A DNA stretch of 64,000 bases, taken from NCBI RefSeq assembly GCF_040938485.1, contig NW_027271032.1, positions 3,286,001-3,350,000 on the forward strand. The letters are read 5' to 3'. Source of the stretch: Diadema antillarum (lineage: Eukaryota). Below the pieces are notes generated by a model. It saw only the letters and a list, made by a program, of their open reading frames with translations, had not been told where the DNA came from and ran no database searches. A program made the position numbers and the translations under genes. This document shows, piece after piece, positions 44,070 through 57,032 of the stretch (positions are counted from its first letter, which is position 1; every line of letters begins with the position of its first letter).

Positions 44070-46801
44070 TGAAACAGCTCATCCTGATATTCATAAAAAC
44101 ACAGGGTTGCACACTAACCCATTTTCTCTACTGGTCCAACCTGTCCGTCAGACCAGTACAAGTAGGTACCCAGTTTTTCCATTTTTTCACTGGTCCATTC
44201 CTGATAAAGTTACTAGTCTGACAGTAATTTTTACTGGTCAGGGACCGTCAGACCAGTGCCAGTGTGCAGCCTTGCATAGAGATTGTGTGTAAGCATACCA
44301 TCCCCTCTAGCAAGAGGCAAAACACTCTGTCCCTCGGATAGGACATAAAATGGAGGTCCCGTGTGGGAGAGAGTAAGAACTCATGCACGTAAAAGATCCC
44401 GCTTCATTCATTCATCGCAAAGAGCAGGGTTTTTAACCCAGTGAAGTGGTCCCAACTCACATCCAACTGGACCCCATGGTCCCATAGCTGAATATGGGCT
44501 ATCCAGCCNNNNNNNNNNNNNNNNNNNNNNNNNNNNNNNNNNNNNNNNNNNNNNNNNNNNNNNNNNNNNNNNNNNNNNNNNNNNNNNNNNNNNNNNNNNN
44601 NNNNNNNNNNNNNNNNNNNNNNNNNNNNNNNNNNNNNNNNNNNNNNNNNNNNNNNNNNNNTCTGCAGGTTTGATGAGGTCCTGGATCCTGCCGTCATCTG
44701 GGATGATGGTGGAGCCAGGCGAGGGGCCAGGTCTCTTCCTCGCTCCACTCTCATCTCCTGCAAACTTAGCAGTGGTCACTACCTTGCGAGGAGCTATCCC
44801 AAACTCCCCCATGTCCTGTGAAAACATATATGAGAGTTTGATACATTATGAAATGTTTCATTAATCATTCCATGATAAAGATTATTGTAATGTGCAAACA
44901 AAAAGGGATGTACATCAAAGAAAGCATCAATAGCTGACCTATCATTAGTCAACCCCTACTTTGTATTGCTTTTATTTGAGTATCAATATTACTGTTGGGT
45001 ATCAAATGCCAGAATTGATATCAAAGACTGCTTATAATTTCTTCAAGATTCATTTGCAATGAATTAGAATATCACAGTCTACAACCAGTGCCCCATTTCA
45101 TAAAAGATGTTAGGATGGCAACTCTTGCTGGAATGACAATTTCCAATAGCAACAGCCAATCAGGAAGCTGGATTCTTGTCATTACCATGACAATTGCCAT
45201 TTCAGCAAGAGTTGCTATCATATCAAGTTTTTATGAAATGGGGCCCAGATTGACCTGTCGATGCCCATGAGCAACAAGAAATATGGCATCGCTTCTTTGA
45301 GCCAGAATTCACTGAAACTTTTGAAGAAGAGAAGACACACATTCTGCATTTGTACTAATACCATGGGGATGAAATCATAATTAGTCCACGATGCACACTA
45401 TAGTTCATGATACTTTAGCAAAAATGCTAAAAAAAGCAAAAAGTTAATACAGGTTTTCAATCAATATCTTGTCCAACTCACATCTACATCCATGAAATCC
45501 TCTGCACGCTGGGCCTGCTTCTCTGCTCGTTTCTCTCGAGTTGACACAAATGTCAATGGAGTGAAACCTGCAGCATGAAAACAATGATTAAACTCTTATG
45601 CTGTAAAGAAATGATAGAGCTTCTACACTGTCTATTCCATATATTTACATTTCCAGCAAGCATATGGTAATGATCTACTTTTAAAGTGCAGTTACCAAAT
45701 ACGGTGACACCACATTTGCTCCGGCGAAAATTACTCTGGACTTATTTCCTCCATGGACTTAGGGTTAAGATTAGGGCTGTGATAGGGTTTTACCATAGAT
45801 TTAATTTAATGTAAGCATTAGGATTAGGGTTAGATTTATGTTTTTGGGTAGAATTTATGTTTGGTTTAGCACACAGATACTTCATAGGAGCAACTGTCGC
45901 AGAAGCACATGTCATGGAACCACCAAATACTACTTCTTAATAAGGTGCATTTAAACAGACTACAAGAAATAACAACATTGTAATTCTTCTAAGACAGGAA
46001 CCAACTTGCTGTATGAAATTCCCTATTTCATGCATGCCTGAATGGAACAGGAAGCTACATGAATTAATCCCTTGTGTGCCAATGAGTCGAATGGGAACAA
46101 ATTTCACACACGAACCAATGGAGAGGAAATGGAGATGGCACACAGAGGGTTAAACAAGTATGAAAAGAAGTCATCAAATACTGTATACGCCGAATATTTC
46201 ACAAGGTTTTTATTTTCGCGAATTTCGCGAGTCAGGTGCTATTCGCGAAATTAAAGACACACGAAAATATCGACTCTGATCCCGATGTGAATGTGACGTA
46301 AGCGTGTACACTTCTCCGTTCAATACAGGCATCCATGATCACGAATTTCACCACTTCCAAAATTGTCGGGAAGTCCTGATTCGCGAAAATTTAGACTCGC
46401 GAAATATATGGCGTATACAGTACTACCTATTGTAAATCAATCACAAAATTGTGCACTGTATTGCATTGTGCAAAAACCCAGCCCCACACTTCCACACATA
46501 TTTGACAAGTGGTAGGGACAGTGTGCATCCATGATTACGTTAACAAGGGTAGGGTAGTGTAGAGCTGTCTGGCAAAAAGAAGTGGGGGCAGTCATGAAAA
46601 ACAATTTCCCAATGTACCAATACTTGCACAATGAAACGTGTTCAAGCAGAAAAGCCACCACAAACTCACCTTCTTTGGACCCAACAGTGTTGAAGAAGCC
46701 AGCTGAGAAGCCCCCTGTGAAGGCGCCATGGAACCGCTGACGACCCTGCCGGTCTCGCACCACCTGGTCCTTGACTGCAATGGGCTTTGGGAGAGGCTCA
46801 T
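34602..46801 (-). CDS. GPATCH1: G-patch domain-containing protein 1, partial multi-exon gene (11 coding exons traced)
   Basis: Exons translate to hallmark GPATCH1 motifs [43 protein letters not shown] (G-patch), [29 protein letters not shown] and [19 protein letters not shown]. Splice sites are GT-AG and phases chain consistently, except for one frameshift. Confidence 0.95.
35247..35311 (-). repeat. tRNA-derived (SINE-head-like) sequence, copy 1
   Basis: A-box-like TGGTCTGGTAGAG, B box GGTTCGAAGCC, anticodon-arm-like CCTG-TCCGGTGAT-CAGG. Confidence 0.6.
35368..35767. repeat. 141-bp inverted repeat pair (35368-35508 / 35627-35767) enclosing a second tRNA-like copy (35510-35578)
   Basis: The arms are reverse complements with scattered mismatches; the centre is a direct repeat of 35247-35345. 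Confidence 0.8.
35812..35981 (-). CDS. GPATCH1: GPATCH1 detected exon 10
   Basis: tccag|[58 protein letters not shown]|gtgag. Confidence 0.92.
36651..36926 (-). CDS. GPATCH1: GPATCH1 detected exon 9
   Basis: cccag|[21 protein letters not shown]...SRWD...[24 protein letters not shown]|gtcag. Confidence 0.9.
38748..38913 (-). CDS. GPATCH1: GPATCH1 detected exon 8
   Basis: ggaag|[17 protein letters not shown]...[12 protein letters not shown]|gtagg. Confidence 0.88.
39691..39749 (-). CDS. GPATCH1: GPATCH1 detected exon 7
   Basis: tctag|[21 protein letters not shown]|gtaag. Confidence 0.85.
40326..40470 (-). CDS. GPATCH1: GPATCH1 detected exon 6
   Basis: accag|[49 protein letters not shown]|gtgat. 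Confidence 0.92.
42472..42793 (-). CDS. GPATCH1: GPATCH1 detected exon 5 (apparent 1-nt frameshift)
   Basis: [11 protein letters not shown]..acidic tract..[27 protein letters not shown] (TGA 42507-42509), while [13 protein letters not shown]|gtgag lies in another frame. Confidence 0.88.
42990..43225. mobile_element. TACTGTA-ended MITE
   Basis: TACTGTATAAGC/GCTTATACAGTA termini and a TTCGCGA-rich interior. Confidence 0.65.
43282..43379 (-). CDS. GPATCH1: GPATCH1 detected exon 4 (G-patch)
   Basis: tgcag|[34 protein letters not shown]|gtgag. Confidence 0.95.
43860..43944. mobile_element. 85-bp piggyBac-like MITE, copy 5 (diverged)
   Basis: Aligns with 32561-32645; followed by TTAA. Confidence 0.7.
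44102..44274. mobile_element. hAT-like MITE (CAGGGTTGCACACT...AGTGTGCAGCCTTG)
   Basis: 14-bp imperfect TIR; a truncated relative lies at about 63690-63799 on the minus strand. Confidence 0.6.
44661..44815 (-). CDS. GPATCH1: GPATCH1 detected exon 3 (donor hidden in N gap)
   Basis: cacag|[18 protein letters not shown]...IQDLIKPA; runs into the gap at 44660. Confidence 0.9.
45482..45567 (-). CDS. GPATCH1: GPATCH1 detected exon 2
   Basis: tgcag|GT TTC..; (G)[28 protein letters not shown]|gtgag. Confidence 0.92.
46179..46422. mobile_element. TACTGTA-ended MITE
   Basis: Perfect 13-bp TIR TACTGTATACGCC/GGCGTATACAGTA. Confidence 0.75.
46670..46801 (-). CDS. GPATCH1: GPATCH1 detected exon 1 (homologous to exon 2)
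   Basis: cacag|AT GAG CCT..; (D)[43 protein letters not shown]; G|gtgag. Confidence 0.95.
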
Positions 46802-47959
46802 CTGTGGGTGAAGACAAAGAGACATCAAGGGTAAAAATGTCACAAGTCGGGCATACTGTAATAGGGCCCCATCTTTGCTTTTATGGCTATTTGCATCTAC
46901 TACACTGGTCTACAGATGACTAATGTAAACAAACATGGAGCTTAATCAAGCAACTGTAGAGTTACAGTATACAATTATAGTGCATTAATGATTTGTATCA
47001 CTATGTGTGTAACCAAGTGTAAATTTAATAGTAAACACAGATTCTGGATCATGTCTACTAACCATACTGCATAGTGTTCAAGTAACTGGGGATGTCTGTA
47101 AGTAGGAAAAACATATCAACTAGGAACAGATTTTTTTTTAAAGAAGTATGAAATTCAGGACTTTCAGTCCACTAGTTATGTTGAGAGTCGAATAAAACAC
47201 ATTTTAGAAAAAAACCAACATTTTCAGGCCTTTAAAAGTGGCGATTTTCAGTATGTTACTATATTTGTTCTTTGGGGCTGAGGAGTACAGAATTTTCCCC
47301 AAAGCGTGAGCACCATAGGTTCTGTATACATCTAGGAAGAGTTACACACTGACCATTTTTGCGTGTAGTGCTTCCTTTACCCTTTAGACAGGAGAAGGGA
47401 TGCAGGGTACAGTATATAGGGTAGTCCAAGTTTGTCCAGGTTGTCAGTCCATCTGTCTCTTTGTCTCTTATTTGCCTTTAAAGTGAACTTTCTGTAGGTG
47501 CTACAGTGTAGTCGGTATATGCATGCACGTCTTGGAAGGTGTGCTGCCTGTTCACCTGTGTTGGCGCACATGCCGCTTTAATACCGGATTATGCCACCAA
47601 ATGGCCAAGCATCAATGTCTGCGTGGCAACAGACAGTGCTATGCACCAGTAATATAAACATACGTACCACTGCGCCAGTATTGGCTTTTCTATAGCTGAT
47701 GACAGATACATCATAGCCAACTGAGCAAGCCACACCGAGCGCAGAGCAAAGAATTTGACCTTGGTTTACTATACTCCCACTGGGCCTCTGGATAATCACC
47801 AGTAAGATGACAATCTCTCAAAGAAAAACAGATCTTCATAATTGTCCAAACTTTTGACGCTGCAGTTTGCCAGAGTGCTGAATTCTGGGAATTTCTGGCA
47901 AAACTGTATACCCTTAGAATAGACATGTAGTTAGCATTTTTCAATATCCATGTATTATA

Positions 47960-50900
47960 TTGTCTGGTATTCTGGCTGCTGTAAATTACGCTGTCTGGCA
48001 ACCCCAGTCTTTCTGTCAACATCCACGCGAACTTTCTTTGAGCGCCAACACGACAAGTGCGCACTACATTCTTCGCCTTTGTCATCGTGCCGATGTACGC
48101 GTAACTTGCATTCCAACAGTAGTCGGATTTCCATACACACACCTCTTGTTTTGTTGTCATGGGCACGAACTACCAATTAGTTGCGAGCTGTGCATTTTCA
48201 CCAGCCAATTACAACATTTTAAGCTCCTGTCCATGACGATTTTCTTCCGACCACGCTGTCCCACATTCCATGCTTCCTCACTTCACGATTAGCTTTCACC
48301 CAGAGAACTTCCTAATCGTCGGAGTCACTCCGTCCGTACGTTACATTTCTTCCCACGTCTTGTCTCGCGGACGATACCTCGCGCCGTGGACTGTCATACG
48401 GATTATTATACTCAATACGGATTATACACCTTCTACTTCGCGATCTTTGCTGCCTCTTCGCTGAATCCTACATCGCGATTCATATTACACTTTTATACTA
48501 CATCTGGGGATTTTTCATCGCTACATTTACCGCGATATACGTCTCGTGACATCGCTGCTTTGGTCCTGTTAGCGTGCTGTCGGTGGTGTGCAGACTCTTC
48601 CAGGTACCTCGCAGTTTCTCTACCCAGCACTCCAGCGGTGGACATACTCTCGCTTGTGCTAGCCGCGACACTCGGAGGCTATTCCACGCGGTCGCTGGAT
48701 CTTTTGTATATATTTCTATGGGACACTGTCGTCTTCGGACACCCAGTGCATTTCGGAGTTCGTCCATATTATATCATATTATTTTCGGAAGTGCAATATC
48801 AGGACACTGTCCACCTCATCAGGTGCCCTAGTGATTTCTACTTTTGTCACGGTCGTCTACCACTCCTGCCGGCGGTGCCCTTAGCTCTACGCTCCCGTTA
48901 GCCATTTGGTGACTAGGTATTTCATCTTAGGCCCATACAATTACACCTACAGAAATAACCAAAACACATGGAGGTCAGATGGAGGGAGACAGAGACGCAC
49001 TTTCAGGAAAGTACAGCGACATTGCACATTACGACTCTTGATTCTTCAAGCTGGTGATGTGTATCCTAATCCCGGCCCAGTAACTGGAGATGACCTTGAT
49101 GGAGATGTTAACCAGTCGTTTTTACTATGTGCAAGGGGGAGAATTCAGTTTGATGCAGGTGCCCTCTACAAACTGCAGCCTCCCTTTCTTCATGCTAGTC
49201 ACAATAGACTCCCTTGTCAGGAATGGAAGACCATCTCATCACTTGGTGTTGCTCGGAGGTGACGTACACGACGCGGGAAAAGGGGTAACCGGAGCAGACA
49301 GAGAGGTTGCTATTCGCTGTGTTAAAGCAGTTAGGAGTGATGATTGTTCCCGTGATCAAATTGATTTTCAGATCAGTCAACAAGCTCCCATCCGATTTCA
49401 TCTAAATACTAACGTGAGACTACATGCATATGCGATTTGATACTGGATAAACAACTTGATGTCCTTGTCCTGACCGAATCTTGGTTAACAGGAGACCAGG
49501 GGGATGACTTTGCTATTGGTGATATTAAATCAACATTTCCTAATTATGATTTGCTGCACTGTCCTCGTTTTGGCTCAAAAGGAGGTGGAATCTGCATTGT
49601 GTTTCGTGCTTCAGCTAAGGTGACTCTGAACAGTAAGGCTGAATATGCCACTTTTGAGCTCATGGATGTTACGATCCGGTTCTCCCCAGCTTCAGTCTTG
49701 AGATGCTATGCAGTATACAGACCCCCGCCTTCTGCAAGCAACAAGTTTACATACAGGATGTTCCTGCAGGAGTTTCTTTCTTTTCTTGAGTCTGCGGCAA
49801 TATCGGACAACATGCCCCTCATCCTTGGCGATTTTAACATCCACATTGATCGTGAGCATGACACCCAAACCATGAGCTTCATGAACTCCATCGACTCACT
49901 GGGTTTCTGTCAACATGTGAACGGACCGACCCATCGGGCTGACCACACGTTGGACTTGATCTTGTCAAGAAGAATAGACGATATCATCTCATCTGTTCGC
50001 ATTCTGCCTGGACTTCCATCTGATCATTCGGCTATTGTTGCTGACATCAACCTTGCCGCTCCAACAAACACAAAGAAACTTGTGCAGTACAGGAAACTTC
50101 GGAACATTGACTTTGCATCCTTTACACAAGACATTCGGAATTCTCCTGTAACTACGGCAATGCCAAAGGACTCTACTGAAGCAGTCAATGTGTATAATGA
50201 TACTCTGATTCAGCAACAAACATGCCCCGTTGAAGAGAAAGACTATCACAGTTCGACCGTCCGCTCCCTGGTACACTGAAGAGCTGAGAGAAGCCAAGAG
50301 AGTCAGGCGTCGTGCAGAACGACGGATGTTAAGTTCAGGCCTCTCAATCGACAAACAACTATACCAGGAAGAGTGTCTGTCTTATTACTATACCCTCCAT
50401 GAAGCTAAATCCAAACATTTGACAACTGAGATCGCTGAAGCTGACACCAGAGAGCTTTTTCACATTGTCAAGAGACTTACTTCTCCTTCCAGCCAGGAAA
50501 TTGTCCTCCCTGAACACCGGTCTGATGTAGCATTGGCCAATGAATTTGGAAGCTACTTTAATGATAGGATTGCCAGTATCGTCACGGGATTTCAGACATC
50601 TCAAGCAGTTTTCTTCTGAAGCAAATAGAGTGTCTCAACTGGGTACGGACAAATGTCTTTTAGCATTTGCACCAGTCTCCTTTAGTCAAGTGAAGAAACT
50701 CATTGTCTCTCTCAAGCCTAAATCATGTAGCTTGGATCCGGTACCATCGTGGCTCGTAAAGGATTGCATTGATGACCTTCTGCCTATCATTACATCAACA
50801 ATTAACCTCTCCCTGACGTCTGGTGAGGTTCCTGAAGCGTTTAAGACCTGTCTTATCACGCCCCTTTTGAAGAAGTCATCTCTTGACAGGAACGATTTGA

Positions 50901-52466
50901 AGAACTACAGACACATCGCCAACCTTCCTTTCCTTGGCAAGGTATTGGAGAGGTTCGTTTCTATACAGCTCAGGTCTTATCTGGAGTCCAATGACTTATT
51001 CCCGGTAAACCAGTCTGCATATCGGCACCATCACTCAACTGAGACAGCCTTGTTAAAGGTTGCCAATGACCTTCTACTAGCAGCTGACAATGGAATGGAA
51101 GCCTGCCTAGTCCTGTTAGACTTTTCATCTGCTTTTGACTGCCTGGACCACACGACTCTCTTCAATCGACTCGAACACTGCTACGGCATACAGGGATCTG
51201 CGCTTGCATGGATAAAGTCCGATCTCACTGGTCGTCTTCAGAGAGTTATAGTGAGAGGGTCATTGTCACAATCCTTCCCTCTGCGTTGGGGGGTTCCACA
51301 AGGGTCAGTTGTTGGCCCTCTGCTCTTCACCCTCTACACTGGCCCTCTTTGTCATATAATCAGTTCACATCATGGTATACAGCACGCCATGTACGCGGAT
51401 GACACCCAACTTTACCTCGTTATGAGAACTGATGTCGATGACAGAAGTGATGCCATAAGAAGACTCACAGATTGCTTGAGCGATGTCAAGACCTGGTCCT
51501 CGGTCAACAACCTGAAGCTCAATGAAGCGAATACTAAATTGTTGCATGTATCTTCGAGATTCAGACAGAGGTTTGATGATGTTCCTCCCCTGGACCTATC
51601 TACGGGTTGTGTGCAGAAGTCCGAGTGTGTCCGAGATCTTGGTGCAACCTTTGATAAGCACCTCTCCCTTGCCCAGCACATCCTCAACAAGTGCAGGACA
51701 GCTTCGTGGGGGATAGCTAGGATTAACAGGATCCGGAAGTACAATTGTACCTTGACGCTTCTGCCACAGAAAAGCTTATCCATGCATTCGTGTCATCTCA
51801 CCTTGATTATTGTAACAGTCTCTTAGCCGGTTTACCCCAATCCCATATTGCACCCTTTCAACGCATCCAGAACAACGCCGCCAGAGTAGTCACACGTTCC
51901 AAGAAGTTTGAACACATTACCCCAATCATCCAGTCACTTCATTGGTTGCAAATAAAGGAACTTGTTATCTTCAAAGTACTTCTCCTAGTCTACAAAGCTA
52001 TTCATAACCAAGCCCCATCATACCTACAGAACCTAATCTCTCTCCGATCCTCATCAACTTCTTCTACGTCTAGACGCCTGTGCTCCCATGCTACTGCCCA
52101 TCTTCAACTGTTACCCGGACCTCGCACTAGGACACGCTACGGAGAACGCTCATTCATGGTTATTGCACCCAAGCTTTGGAACAATCTACCCATTCATATA
52201 CGACAAGCCCCATCAGTAGAATCATTTAAGGCACTTCTTAAAACCCATCTTTTCCCATATTGATTGCTTCCCTAAGTTAATGTGCTGAGTGTAATTCAAT
52301 TACTGTATGTGTTTAATGACTGGTACACATTGATTTATGTCATGTTATTCTCACTTGTGTTTTGATATACTGTTTTCCCTAATTTTTCATTTCTCTTTTC
52401 GTCCTTTCCCTATGCGCTTAGAAACATTGTATTAAGCGCATTACAAATGTAATGTATTATCATTAT
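47960..52466 (+). mobile_element. Near-full-length decayed L2-clade LINE (5' end uncertain)
   Basis: APE motifs LTESWL, YRPP, ILGDFNIH, HTLDLI and SDH (49437-50279); RT motifs LLDFSSAFD, GVPQGSVVGPLLF and YADDTQLY (50540-51826); C-terminal LHWL..KLWNNLP..FKALLKTHLF (51745-52263). At least 3 frameshifts; L2-type 3' stem-loop and short TAT-like tail. Confidence 0.88.
49029..49079 (+). other. 2A-like oligopeptide LRLLILQAGDVYPNPGP upstream of the LINE APE domain
   Basis: Translation within ORF 48906-49262; matches DxExNPGP except Y for E. Confidence 0.65.
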
Positions 52467-55460
52467 GCAGCTTTACTTCATGAATATCGTAAACAAAGAA
52501 ATGCTGTCATTAGTGCTATTCGTAAAGCCAAGACTGAAACTCCACCATTTCTGTAAAGTATCGTAATGATCCCAAGAAACTTTGGAGAGAGCTTCATAGA
52601 GCCACTGGGAACTCCAAATTTGTCAATAATGTGCATAATGATTTGACTTCGGATGAGTTTAATGATTATTTTGCTCAAGTAGGGAAGACAATTTCTGATT
52701 CCTTCCAACATGAACCACTGAAGTGGAGAAATCCGCCATGTCTCCACAAATTCAAATTCTCTGAAATTCTTGGGGATGATGTAATTAAACTTTTAAATAA
52801 CCTGCCAAGTCACAGCAATTTAGATATACTTAATATTGATTGCAAATTGCTTAAAATAGCGGCACCATTCATTGTTCATACACTTATTGCAATTTTTAAT
52901 TTCTCGCTTAAATCAGGCTTTGTTTTTGAAGATTGGAAGTATGCACGTGTAACACCCATTTATAAAGGCAAAGGAAATAAAGATGTTCCGTCAAATTATA
53001 GGCCCAGCTCTGTTGTTTCTCACCTTGCTAAGATTCAAGAGATATTGGTTCAAACTCAATTCATTTCTTACTTACCTAGACATGAATTCATAACAATCGA
53101 AAAATCAGCTTTTTTGATGAATCATTCTACTGTAACCTCTCTTCACAGAGTAGTTGATGACTGGCATGCAATTCTGAATGACCATGAAGTAGTTGTGGTG
53201 TGCTTCTTTGATATTTTGAAATGTTTCGATGCAATATCTCATGAGTTATTAATTTTAAAATTACAATATTATGGGGTTCATGATACAGAACTTAACTGGT
53301 TTAAAAGTTATTTGAGTGGAAGACAACAATCTTTTAATTTAAATGGTAAATTATCCAAGTCAAATATGATGACTGTAGGAATACCCCAAGGAGGGGTGCT
53401 TGGACCTATCCTTTTTCTTATATTCATTAATGACATCGTTCAGAGTGTTAATGCAGGAACGTGTAACATTTTTGCAGATGATGTTGCGATATATACTATT
53501 GTAATAACAGTAAAGAAGGGGAACTGAAATTGCAAGTTTGTATCGATGAAATTGGTGATTGGTATAAAAACAATAAACTAAAAATCAATGCTGATAAAAC
53601 AAATGTTATGCTCATATCATCAAGAAAACATGATATTAAATGAGTTAAATGTCAGTCTTAATGGCACTAGCCTTAGGCAAGTTGACTCTGTAAGATATTT
53701 GGGTTTAAACATTGATAGCAGATTAACATGGACTGATCATGTTAAGCAACTTTGTAAAAATTTATCTTATAAAGTGCTTTCATTACGTCGTTTAAGTAAC
53801 ACACTCAGTACCCCCCTCCTAAATACACTTTATAAATCTGCTATACAACCATGTATTGATTACGCTTGCTCAGTCTGGGAAAATTGTTCTTTGAAAACTC
53901 GTGAATTAATACACCGTATTCAAAGACGAGCGACCAGAATTGTTTCTAAGAAGTATGGTGCCCATGACATTAGCTAGTGTCACTGACTTAATCAAGGATT
54001 TAAAATGGCAAACTTTTGAAACTAGGAGAGACTATTTTCTATGTATGTTGATGTATCAATGCATACATGGTACAGCCCCTGTACATTTGTACGACTTTGT
54101 AATGAAATTGAAATGTATTTTGATAGGCACGGTTTTAACACCCGTAATGCTAACTCATTAAATGTGGTACCACCAAAACCTAATACTGAAATGTTTAAAC
54201 AATCCTTTGCATATTCTGGCCCGAAAACGTGGAATCTTTTAGACGATGAAATAAAAAATTCCCATACCCTAACATCTTTTAAAACATTATATAAACTCAA
54301 ACATTTTTTAGTATATCTGTTTTACAGCACCTCCAATTACTATACATTATTGATTACTGTATTATGAATTGCTCCTCCCCATAGTTTGTCTTCCCCAGTC
54401 CCCATAATCACACAATGTACTGATAATCATTGATTTTTTTAAATCTTTTTAAAATTTTTTTAAATCTTTTACCTATAATGTATTATTCATTCTTATGTCG
54501 TTGATTTTATCTGCTACTGTTGATCTGTTGAATATCACTGTAAGCTTTTTCTAATGCAGTGGATTTTCCTTTACAATAACCCGGTCAATTACTTAGTACT
54601 TGTAATTTCCCTACTGTGTTCTTTTTTCCCACCAATTTGCTCATTGGACAAACACGGTGATTTGGTGTGTAGCAATTTTGTACTGTATTTAATTGTAAGC
54701 ATATTTCGGTAATGTGTGTGAGTTTGTGTATTTGATTTCGATGCTGGTGTGCATGGTATTGGGTAGTGTCGGTATATTATGTACATGCCTTTGATTGTGC
54801 GCATGCTTGCATAAATTTGTATAGTGTGTGCTTATGCCTGCTTTGGTTTAGTATACATTTAATGAGTGTTTGGGTTCGGCGATGCAAGTCTTTTCATGAG
54901 TTGACGGATTCTGCATGTCCCATTCAACGTGGCTTAACCCTAGTTGGAAGGGGCACTGGGGATCTGTTGGCAATTGAGAATGCTCGTGCCGCTGAGCTAA
55001 TAAGTAACATTCATTAAATGTATTGTTTGTGCGGCGTCCGGGCAGATCTTTGTCACAGTCGGGTGCGGACCGTGGGGCGGGGCTTGGGTGGGAGCGTATT
55101 GCACGCTGGAATGAAACCGCGTTTCGCGGTGCGTTGGATGGGTTTTGGTGGCACGTGACCAGCGGTCCTCACCCTGGTGACGCTGGTCTGCCTGGACATT
55201 GCATAATTAAACTATTTTTAGTCATTGTTGCTGTTCACCTCATCACCGTATAAGTCTATTTGATAATTTCTATTTTAGTGATTACTTCTACTATAAAATT
55301 ACTAATTTGATATTTCAGTTTGAATAATTCGATTCAATTTATTTATGACATGCATGAAACCCACTGCATTAGAAACTGCATTTGAGACTGTTTATATCTA
55401 TTTTAATACAGGACATTGTTGTAAAACAGCTTTTGCTGAACTTTTTATCCTGAATAAATA
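52467..55460 (+). mobile_element. 5'-truncated decayed CR1/L2-group (Crack/Daphne-like) LINE with ~1.1-kb 3' UTR
   Basis: Linker YRKQRNAV..IRKAK, RT motifs FFDILKCFD, GIPQGGVLGPILFLIFIND and FADD (52631-53527), fragments 53588-54367, and a 3' end ...ATCCTGAATAAATA near 55460. The clade assignment is tentative. Confidence 0.8.
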
Positions 55461-57032
55461 TATTTTAACAAAATTTTAACAACCAGGGGAGGGTGGGGGC
55501 GTGTTGCAAGTGATTAAAAAAAAAAGGCTCCCCTTTGTTTGGCAGTGTGCTTGTCTGCATTCTTCCGAGTGGATTCCCACTACCAAATCATATTTCAGAG
55601 CTTAATCAAGGTGCCCTCGAATTCAGCCTTGGCAAACTTCTCTGGGTTGCAAGAGTTCACGGCCCCTCCAGCAAGATGGATCGGTAACCTCAGCATCCTC
55701 CCAGGGGTCATCGAGTTCGATCCCCAGGGTTTTCTGAGGACCCGATACAAAGCCAATCCACATGGAAGTAGGCATCATGTGCCAGGGGCACTCCCAAGAC
55801 CTAAAACATCTTTAACCCCTACACTTTCCACACACCATGTATTGCCAAGGGCTGGGTGGAGGGCTAAGTTGTTTTGTTGGCTGGCATACCAAGCGACTGA
55901 TGCAGTGCCCTGGTGAGCAAGCTAAGAAGAAAGACCAGGATCCGCCAATGAGTCACAACAGCCAGCACATTTACAGGGGAGATGGAGGGGGCAATCTTGC
56001 CCAGTTTTCATGGGCAATCATAGCGTCCATCTCCATAAACATGTCTGCCACAATGGCTAACATGCCATGCTGCAACAGCATGCTAAGAACTGTTGATAAA
56101 GGTGACTAGGTCCTCTATACCAGTTGGCATTTTAAGCATGAGGGATTAGGCCATAAACCTAAGCCCTTCCACCTGCTGACCTTCCACCTGCTGAGCAACT
56201 GCTTCTGACAACCTTGGACTGAGGTGGTGCTTGTGGGGTCAGAAGTAGTTACATGTAGGTAGGTTGTAGTAGACATGCCACTGCAATTTTTGTGAGACAT
56301 GTCAGAAGGTGCTTTGTGTTGGAGTCTCTGTAGTAGTGCCCGTTGGGCCAGCAAACACCTTCAAAATCAATTCAAAATCAATTCAAAATCACTGTTCATG
56401 CTCTTTGTTACACACGTTTCCATTTACGTATTGTGTGCAGGACACCTGCAGAGTGGCGCTTGCTAGCACCTGAAGTCCCAATGTACTATGTAGACTTCGT
56501 CATGGTATTGAGATTGATCCTAATGAATTGGAAGTTCCCAAATCAATCTTAATTTTAAATCCACATAAGAAAAAAAAAATGCGGTACAGACAATGACAGT
56601 GACAATGGAGTGTAAAAAAATATTGCACTTCTGCAGTAAAATAAAGATATGAAAAATGAGGGTATCATCATCACTTTGCAAGATGGTGGTGTGTGAATGA
56701 ACTCCTAAACATGTTGATGTGGCTATGTACACAGAGGCTTTAGTACACAAATTAAGTCACAATACATACCGCGATATCCAGCGAAGCGTGTGTAAAAAGA
56801 CACAAACTCATGTGACTCATTCCAGCCACTCGGAATATGGTTCAACCACACATACACGGAAGTGGCTGGATGGTAAAGACACACGCCTGTGGTAGTATGG
56901 GGAACCGGTAGTATACACTGCCTTATTAAAATAGGATAGATCAATACACTGCACTCCCGTTATAACGAAATGCTCGGGACCAGCAGTTTTCTTTCGTTAT
57001 AACAAAATTTTGTTATAACCGAACAAATACAT

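Noticed and set aside
44300-44508. SINE-like central domain (GGAC..AAA..GGAGGTCCCGTG, GTAAAAGATCCC)
   Set aside because: The resemblance is from memory only, there is no tRNA head and it is truncated by the gap; it needs a Dfam/Repbase search.
55539-56354. Minus-strand CGKC..-like zinc-knuckle hint suggesting a decayed gag
   Set aside because: Stops within the motif and no supporting RT or other domain; too weak to call.
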